64,000 nt of DNA from Planctomycetota bacterium (GTDB taxonomy: Bacteria > Planctomycetota > Phycisphaerae > WQYP01), in contig JAJYFE010000003.1 of NCBI GenBank assembly GCA_021785435.1, positions 1 to 64,000 on the forward strand. The letters run 5' to 3'. Positions 58,024 through 64,000 of the stretch are shown in pieces. The position numbers were made by a program, and so were the translations under genes. Under the pieces are notes generated by a model, which saw only the letters and a program-made list of their open reading frames with translations, was not told the origin of the DNA and searched no databases. Within the stretch, counting starts at the first letter, position 1. Each line of letters starts with the position of its first letter.

Positions 58024-60276
58024 ATGAAAAACATCCACGTCTGGATCTGTCGGGGCTGCGACATCGGCCAGTCGTTGGACCTTGCCGCCCTGGAAAAAGT
58101 GGCCAAGGCCGCTGGCCATCGGGACCTGTCGGTCGCCTGCCATAGCCACGACTGTCTGTGCGGGGAAGCGGGGGCCGGGCAGCTGGCCCAAGCGGTGCGC
58201 GATGGCGCTAAAGCGCTGGTGGTGGCGGGCTGCTCGCCGCGGTTTAACGCCGATCAATTCACTTTCGATGGGTGCTTTACCGAGCGGGTGAATCTGCGCG
58301 AATTAGTGGTCTGGAGTCATCCCGCCCATAACGAAGACACCCAGATGCTCGCGGAAGACTATCTGCGGATGGGCATCGCCCGCGCCGGCAAAGCGATGAT
58401 TCCCGAACCGTTCCGGACGGAAATTGACAAGACCATTCTGGTCGTGGGTGGTGGGCCGACGGGCATGACGGCGGCGGCGGAAGCGGCGAAGGCGGGGTAT
58501 CAGGTGGTCCTGGTGGAAAAGGAGCCGCAACTTGGCGGCTGGCTGAAGCGCTTCAGCCGGCTGTTTCCCAAGCAGGCGCCGTATCGCGAGCTGGAGCCGG
58601 CGGATCTGGAGGGATACATCCGGCGGATTCAGGCGGATAAGCGCATCACCGTCTGCTGCGGCACGACGCTGGAGAAGGTCACGGGGGCGCCCGGTCAATT
58701 CGATGTGACGCTTAGCGGCCCTGGCGTCAGCCGGCGGATTCGGGTGGGAGCTATCGTCCAGGCTACCGGGTGGAAGCCCTACGACGCCACGCGGCTCGGT
58801 CACCTTGGTTACGGCCAAAGCCCCAACGTGATCACCAACGTGCAGATGGAGGAGCTGGCGGCCTCCGGCAAGATCCTCCGTCCCTCCGACGGTCAGCCGG
58901 CCCGACGGATTGCGTTCATCCAGTGCGCCGGGTCACGGGACAAGAATCATCTGCCGTATTGCTCGGCCGTCTGTTGCCGGGTGTCGCTCAAACAGGCTTT
59001 GTGGGTGCGGGAATTGGATCCACAGGCCCAGGCGTACATTTTTTACAAGGACATCCGTACCCCCGGGCAATATGAAGATTTCTACCGCCGCGTGCAGGAA
59101 GACCCGGGCATTGCGCTGACCAAGGGTGAGGTGGTTTCGGTGGAGGCCGCCGCGGGGGGAAACCTGATCGTTCACGTCAATAACACGTTGCTTGGTCCGC
59201 ACCTTCAGGTCGAAGCGGAGTTGGTGGTGCTGGCCACCGGCATGACGCCCGTGGCCGCGGATGGCGAAGCCATCCGCCGCCTCCGTGACGCGCAGGCGGT
59301 TATCGCCAAAGGCGAGGCGGGGGCGCAGTGGGACGCCGCCCAAGTGGCGGTGCGGGAATTGGCCGCGCACGAGGGTACCGCCATTCTCAATTTGGGCTAC
59401 CGCCAGGGACCGGATTTGCCGGCGCTGAAATACAGTTTCCCGGATTCGCACTTTATCTGCTTCCCGTATGAGAGCCGGCGGACCGGCATCTACGCCGCCG
59501 GTTGCATGCGCGCTCCGCAATGCACCGCGGCGAGCCGGCGTGACGCCACTGGGGCGGCGTTAAAGGCCATTCAGACGGTCGAACTGGCCAGCCGCGGAAT
59601 GGCCGTGCATCCGCGCTGGGAAGATCAGAGCTATCCCGACTTTTTCATGCAGCGGTGCACCCAGTGCAAGCGGTGCACCGAAGAGTGCCCGTTCGGCGCG
59701 CTGGACGAAGATCCGAAGGGCACCCCGCTGCCGAATCCCACCCGCTGCCGGCGGTGCGGCATCTGCCTGGGGGCCTGTCCGGAGCGGATCATCTCGTTTA
59801 AGGATTATTCCATCGACATTGTCTCGACCATGATCAAGTCCGTGCCAATCCCCGACCAGTTTGAGGAAAAGCCGCGGCTGCTGGGTCTGGTCTGCGAAAA
59901 TGACGCCTATCCCGCCCTGGATACCGCCGGTCTGCAACGCATTCCGCATAGCGCCTTTATCCGCTTTATTCCCGTGCGGTGCCTTGGTTCGGTGAATGTG
60001 GTATGGATTGCCGACGCCTTGGCGCGGGGGTTTGACGGCGTGCTGCTGGTCGGCTGCCAGTCGGGCGAGAACTACCAATGCCACTTTATCCGGGGCAGCG
60101 AATTGATGAAGACCCGCGGCCAGAACATCCGCGAGAAGCTGAAACAATTGGCCTTGGAGCAGGAGCGGGTGCGGGTGGAGGAATTGGCGATTTCAGAATT
60201 TCACCGCCTGCCGCAGATTGTCAATGAATTCGTGGAACAGATTCAGGAAATCGGCCTGAATCCGTTCAAGGAGTAA
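58024..60276 (+). CDS. qmoB: Qmo subunit B (HdrA-like with MvhD-like C-terminus)
   Basis: MKNIHVWICRGCDIGQ...; second FAD motif ILVVGGGPTGMTAA; multiple Cys clusters. Confidence 0.8.
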   Translation: MKNIHVWICRGCDIGQSLDLAALEKVAKAAGHRDLSVACHSHDCLCGEAGAGQLAQAVRDGAKALVVAGCSPRFNADQFTFDGCFTERVNLRELVVWSHPAHNEDTQMLAEDYLRMGIARAGKAMIPEPFRTEIDKTILVVGGGPTGMTAAAEAAKAGYQVVLVEKEPQLGGWLKRFSRLFPKQAPYRELEPADLEGYIRRIQADKRITVCCGTTLEKVTGAPGQFDVTLSGPGVSRRIRVGAIVQATGWKPYDATRLGHLGYGQSPNVITNVQMEELAASGKILRPSDGQPARRIAFIQCAGSRDKNHLPYCSAVCCRVSLKQALWVRELDPQAQAYIFYKDIRTPGQYEDFYRRVQEDPGIALTKGEVVSVEAAAGGNLIVHVNNTLLGPHLQVEAELVVLATGMTPVAADGEAIRRLRDAQAVIAKGEAGAQWDAAQVAVRELAAHEGTAILNLGYRQGPDLPALKYSFPDSHFICFPYESRRTGIYAAGCMRAPQCTAASRRDATGAALKAIQTVELASRGMAVHPRWEDQSYPDFFMQRCTQCKRCTEECPFGALDEDPKGTPLPNPTRCRRCGICLGACPERIISFKDYSIDIVSTMIKSVPIPDQFEEKPRLLGLVCENDAYPALDTAGLQRIPHSAFIRFIPVRCLGSVNVVWIADALARGFDGVLLVGCQSGENYQCHFIRGSELMKTRGQNIREKLKQLALEQERVRVEELAISEFHRLPQIVNEFVEQIQEIGLNPFKE

Positions 60277-61571
60277 TGGGCGTGGCCAGCATCAAGCCAT
60301 CCCTGGAGTTCAAGCGAGACCTGGTTGAATTCGGAGCCAATACGTTCAACCAGTGCTTTCAGTGCGCCACGTGTTCGACGGTTTGCCCGCTGTCGCCGGA
60401 AAAGGACCCGTTTCCCCGCAAGGAAATGCTCTGGCTGCAGTGGGGGTTGAAAGACCGGTTGATCCGGGATCCCGATATATGGTTGTGTCATTATTGCGGC
60501 CAATGTTCCCAGCACTGTCCGCGTGGCGCCAACCCCGGGGAAACGATGATGGCCCTGCGCCGGTGCGCGATCACACGCTACGATTGGACTGGGATTTCGC
60601 GGCGCCTGTATCGGTCCGTCTGGTGGGAAGTGGGGGCGGTGGTGGCGGTGGGTTTGCTGGTGGTGGCCTTGTTCGCACTTTCCGGGGCGTTTACCCCGGC
60701 GCGAATGGTCACCACCCGCGTGGCGATGGGAACTTTTATCCCGGTGCACTGGGTTCATATCTCCGACTGGGTCTTGGCCAGCCTGCTCACCTTTTTCCTT
60801 CTGACCAATTCCCTGCATATGGCCCGGCTGATGTTGGATGGCTCCAAACCACCCTGGTCGGTGTACGTCCGCCAGTTGAAGGTACTGCTGGCCCAGGCGC
60901 TCGTGCAGGCGAAATGGCGGAATTGTGAAAAGCCCAACCGCTGGCGGAAGCACTTTATACTGGTCACGGGCTACGTGACCATGTTCGTGCTGGTCATGTT
61001 TTTCCTACCGTGGCTGCAGGTCAATGGCCCGCGTTTCACGTTGCTGAGTTGGCTGGGCTATTACGCGGCCTTCGCCATCCTGTATTATTCTGGCGACGCG
61101 ATGATCAGCCGTTGGCGCAAACGCGAGGAGATGCACCGCTTTTCCCACGCCTCCGACTGGATGTTTTTAATTCTGTTGTTTTTGACCGCCCTGACCGGCA
61201 TTTTGGTCAACGCGTTCCGCCTGCTGGACCTGGCGTTGCCCGCGTACCTGACTTATGTCATTCATTTGGCCATCGCGGTGCCCATGCTGGTTGTGGAGGT
61301 TCCCTTTATGAAATGGGCCCACCTGGCCTATCGGCCGCTGGCCATTTATCTGAAGGCCGTGAAAGAGCAGACGCGGGAGCTGGAAGGGGCGGGGCGGTTG
61401 AGGGCCCTGCCGATGGCGACCGGGATAAGCGCGGGAATCGGCGCTCCGGCTGTATATAGCCCCCGGTCCGCACGGTGGTGGATCCGCTTCGGCGGACTTG
61501 CCGGGGGTGGACCTTCCGGCGGCGCTCCATCCCGGCGTTTTCAAGACGAATCACACGCCAACCAACGATAA
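60276..61571 (+). CDS. qmoC: Qmo subunit C (HdrC/HdrE-like, Fe-S plus membrane haem-b domain)
   Basis: CFQCATCSTVCP and CHYCGQCSQHCP ferredoxin motifs, then TM helices. Confidence 0.75.
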   Translation: MGVASIKPSLEFKRDLVEFGANTFNQCFQCATCSTVCPLSPEKDPFPRKEMLWLQWGLKDRLIRDPDIWLCHYCGQCSQHCPRGANPGETMMALRRCAITRYDWTGISRRLYRSVWWEVGAVVAVGLLVVALFALSGAFTPARMVTTRVAMGTFIPVHWVHISDWVLASLLTFFLLTNSLHMARLMLDGSKPPWSVYVRQLKVLLAQALVQAKWRNCEKPNRWRKHFILVTGYVTMFVLVMFFLPWLQVNGPRFTLLSWLGYYAAFAILYYSGDAMISRWRKREEMHRFSHASDWMFLILLFLTALTGILVNAFRLLDLALPAYLTYVIHLAIAVPMLVVEVPFMKWAHLAYRPLAIYLKAVKEQTRELEGAGRLRALPMATGISAGIGAPAVYSPRSARWWIRFGGLAGGGPSGGAPSRRFQDESHANQR

Positions 61572-61582
61572 GGAGAATCTGT

Positions 61583-62803
61583 ATGAGTCCGATTAAACCC
61601 CATGGATCCGCAACGCTCCATCCCCTGTATGTCGCCGATGGCGCCCAACGGGCGGCCCTGCTGGATGCCGCCAGAAGCCTGCCGAAACTGGTGGTATGCT
61701 CGCAGGCGGCCGCCAACGCGGTGATGCTGGGCAGCGGCTATTTCAATCCGCTGACGGGTTACATGAATTTAGCTGATTCCCTGGCCGTGGCTGAAAATAT
61801 GCGGACCTCCGGCGGCCTGTTCTGGCCGGTCCCCATTATCAATGCGGTCAAGGATGCCGAAGCCATCCGCAGCGCCAAGCGTATCGCCCTGCTTGATCCC
61901 AATGTCGAGGGCAACCCCGTCCTGGCCATTCAGGACGTTACCGCCATCGACCAGGTCAGCGAGGCGCAGATGAAGCGGATAAGCGAAAAAGTGTTCCGCA
62001 CCACCGATCCGGCCCACCCGGGCGTAAAAAACTTTTTAGCCGCCGGAGCTTGCTTTATCGCCGGACCGATCCAGGTGCTGAATTACTCGTATTTCGCGGC
62101 ACAATTTCCAGAGACTTTCCGCACCGCCGGTCAGATTCGCGAGATGATCCGCCGGAATGGCTGGAACAAGGTGGTCGCTTTTCAGACGCGTAACCCGATG
62201 CACCGGGCCCATGAAGCGTTGGTCAAAATCGCCATGGAGCGCGTGGGGGCCGATGGGGCGGTCATCCACATGCTGCTGGGCAAACTGAAGCCCGGCGACA
62301 TTCCCGCCGAGGTTCGCGACGCCTGCATCCGCAAAATGGTCGAACTTTATTTCAAGCCCCGTACGGTGGAGATCACCGGTTATGGTTTTGACATGCTTTA
62401 CGCCGGCCCGCGCGAAGCGGTGCTGCACGCTGTCTTCCGCCAGAACATGGGCGCCACGCACTTGATCGTCGGGCGGGATCACGCGGGAGTGGGCAGTTAT
62501 TACGGACCGTTTGACGCGCAAAAGATTTTTCACGAGGAAGTGCCCGCCGGGGCTCTGCAAATTCAGATTTTCGAGGCCGACAACACCGCTTATTCGAAGG
62601 TGGTAGGCGAAGTAATCATGATGCGGGAGGCTCCCGCGGGGCATAAGAAAGAGGATTTTGTCATGCTTTCGGGCACCAAGGTGCGGGAAATGCTGGCCGC
62701 CGGGCAGAATCTGCCGCCCGAATTCGCCCGGCCGGAAGTGGCCAAAATCCTGATGCATTATTACCAGCGGGAAAAGGAAGCGGCCGCCGCGGGCGTGACG
62801 TAA
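61583..62803 (+). CDS. sat: Sulfate adenylyltransferase (ATP sulfurylase)
   Basis: QTRNPMHRAHE motif and GRDHAGVG motif; 406 aa. Confidence 0.9.
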   Translation: MSPIKPHGSATLHPLYVADGAQRAALLDAARSLPKLVVCSQAAANAVMLGSGYFNPLTGYMNLADSLAVAENMRTSGGLFWPVPIINAVKDAEAIRSAKRIALLDPNVEGNPVLAIQDVTAIDQVSEAQMKRISEKVFRTTDPAHPGVKNFLAAGACFIAGPIQVLNYSYFAAQFPETFRTAGQIREMIRRNGWNKVVAFQTRNPMHRAHEALVKIAMERVGADGAVIHMLLGKLKPGDIPAEVRDACIRKMVELYFKPRTVEITGYGFDMLYAGPREAVLHAVFRQNMGATHLIVGRDHAGVGSYYGPFDAQKIFHEEVPAGALQIQIFEADNTAYSKVVGEVIMMREAPAGHKKEDFVMLSGTKVREMLAAGQNLPPEFARPEVAKILMHYYQREKEAAAAGVT

Positions 62804-62816
62804 ACCGACGCCGCGC

Positions 62817-63716
62817 GTGGCGGGGGGAGTTGGTTCCCACCAGACCGGGAGACGCCAAATGCGCTGGCCCTGCGTGCTGTTCATTCTCAAGGTCGCCGCG
62901 GCTTCGCTGCTCGGCGGCGTGATCGGCGCCATCAGCGGATTGGGCGGCGGTATCGTCATCGTACCGGTGCTCACGCTGTTCCTGCGCATACCCGTCGAGC
63001 AGGCCATCGGCGCCAGCGTGGTCTCGGTGATCGCGGTATCCAGCGGGGCCGGCTCGGTGTACGTGCGGGATCACATTACCAATGTTCGCATCGCCATGTT
63101 CCTGAATTTCTTTACCGTGGTGGGGGCGATCCTCGGGGCCGGCGTGCTGGTCAAGTTTCTGAATGACAACAGGCTCGAGATTCTGTTTGGCCTGACCCTG
63201 CTGCTGTCTCTGCTTCCCTTGCTGGCCCGAATGGCCGAGGAGCTGCCGCGGGGGGTGAAAAAAGATGATCGCTTGGCGCGCTGGCTCCAGATGCGGGGCT
63301 CGTACTTTGACCAAAGATTGCAGCGGGAGGTCCCGTATTGGGCCGAGCGGATTCCGACGGCCAGCGGGGTAATGACCGTGGCCGGATTGATGGCGGGAAT
63401 TCTGGGTATCGGGGCAGGTGTGCTTAAGGTGCTGGCTTTGGAGACGGGGATGCGTTTGCCGGTGAAGGTATCCACGGCCACGAGCAACTTCATGATCGGG
63501 GTGACCGCCGCCGCCGCCGCGGGGGTGTATTTGCACCGCGGTTTGGTGCTGCCGTTCGTGGTGGTGCCGGTCGCGGCCTCGGTGCTCCTGGGGGCATTAC
63601 TGGGCACCAAGATGATGGAGCGGATGTCCAACGTTTTGGTGCGAAAAATATTCGCAGTGGCGTTATTGGTTATGGGCGTGCAAATGCTGTTGAGCGGATT
63701 GGGTATGACGGTCTAG
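62817..63716 (+). CDS. tauE: TauE/SafE-family sulfite/anion exporter
   Basis: Multiple TM helices, GGGIVIVP motif repeated in both halves; start may be 62859. Confidence 0.75.
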   Translation: MAGGVGSHQTGRRQMRWPCVLFILKVAAASLLGGVIGAISGLGGGIVIVPVLTLFLRIPVEQAIGASVVSVIAVSSGAGSVYVRDHITNVRIAMFLNFFTVVGAILGAGVLVKFLNDNRLEILFGLTLLLSLLPLLARMAEELPRGVKKDDRLARWLQMRGSYFDQRLQREVPYWAERIPTASGVMTVAGLMAGILGIGAGVLKVLALETGMRLPVKVSTATSNFMIGVTAAAAAGVYLHRGLVLPFVVVPVAASVLLGALLGTKMMERMSNVLVRKIFAVALLVMGVQMLLSGLGMTV

Positions 63717-63785
63717 GTCGTACGTTGGGCAGCGCGGCGGGCGGCCGACCGTGGTGCGGTCGGTGGCGTGGGGTGGAGGCGCATT

Positions 63786-64000
63786 ATGCCTTGGGCATGT
63801 TTCTTTTGTCTGCTGAAGATCGCCGTGGTTTCCCTGCTCGGCGGGGTGATCGGCGCGATCAGCGGGTTGGGTGGCGGCATCGTGATTGTGCCGATGTTGA
63901 CGCTATTCATGCATCTGCCCATTGAGCAGGCCATCGGCGCCAGCGTGGTCTCGGTGATCGCGGTATCCAGCGGGGCCGGCTCGGTGTACGTGCGGGATCA
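63786..64000 (+). CDS. Second TauE/SafE paralog (5' part; runs off the window end)
   Basis: N-terminal 70 aa near-identical to the upstream tauE, including an identical DNA stretch (63931-64000 = 62996-63065). Confidence 0.7.
   Translation, partial: MPWACFFCLLKIAVVSLLGGVIGAISGLGGGIVIVPMLTLFMHLPIEQAIGASVVSVIAVSSGAGSVYVRD

Overview
GC-rich bacterial chromosomal window, almost certainly from a sulfur-metabolising organism (aprBA-qmoABC-sat are present). Positions 1-29.6 kb are core genome: ruvA, adk, pssA, apt, proB, rpmA, astD/astB, a cobalamin-riboswitch-controlled anaerobic cbi operon, gpsA, a fatty-acid desaturase and a GT2 glycosyltransferase. At 29.66 kb a tRNA-Leu(UAA) gene is an integration hotspot. 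A ~4-kb integrative element (29660-33705) sits there, bounded by an ~84-bp direct repeat of the tRNA. It carries a P4-like integrase split by a MITE-like insertion, a RelE/Phd toxin-antitoxin pair, a Prim-Pol and an Xis-like gene. Directly downstream, 34.3-51.2 kb is a single-strand ~17-kb defense island and the most interesting region. Its likely core is a methylation-based system (SNF2+DUF3883 helicase, DUF1156 N6-adenine MTase, DUF499 ATPase), resembling DISARM/BREX-type cassettes. The three core genes are pulled apart by inserted modules: Fic + zeta-like kinase, a 538-aa orphan, an AbiL-like AAA-ATPase/DUF4276 pair, a decayed MNT/HEPN pair and a GxxExxY nuclease. The MTase gene itself carries in-frame REP hairpins and a REP-associated tyrosine transposase (RAYT) with no intervening stop codon. 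Downstream are a 72-bp tandem repeat, cysC, aprBA, qmoABC, sat and a tandemly duplicated tauE. Two toxin-antitoxin genes (hicA, MNT) carry single in-frame TGA codons. All domain calls are made by eye from the translated ORFs; no database searches were run.
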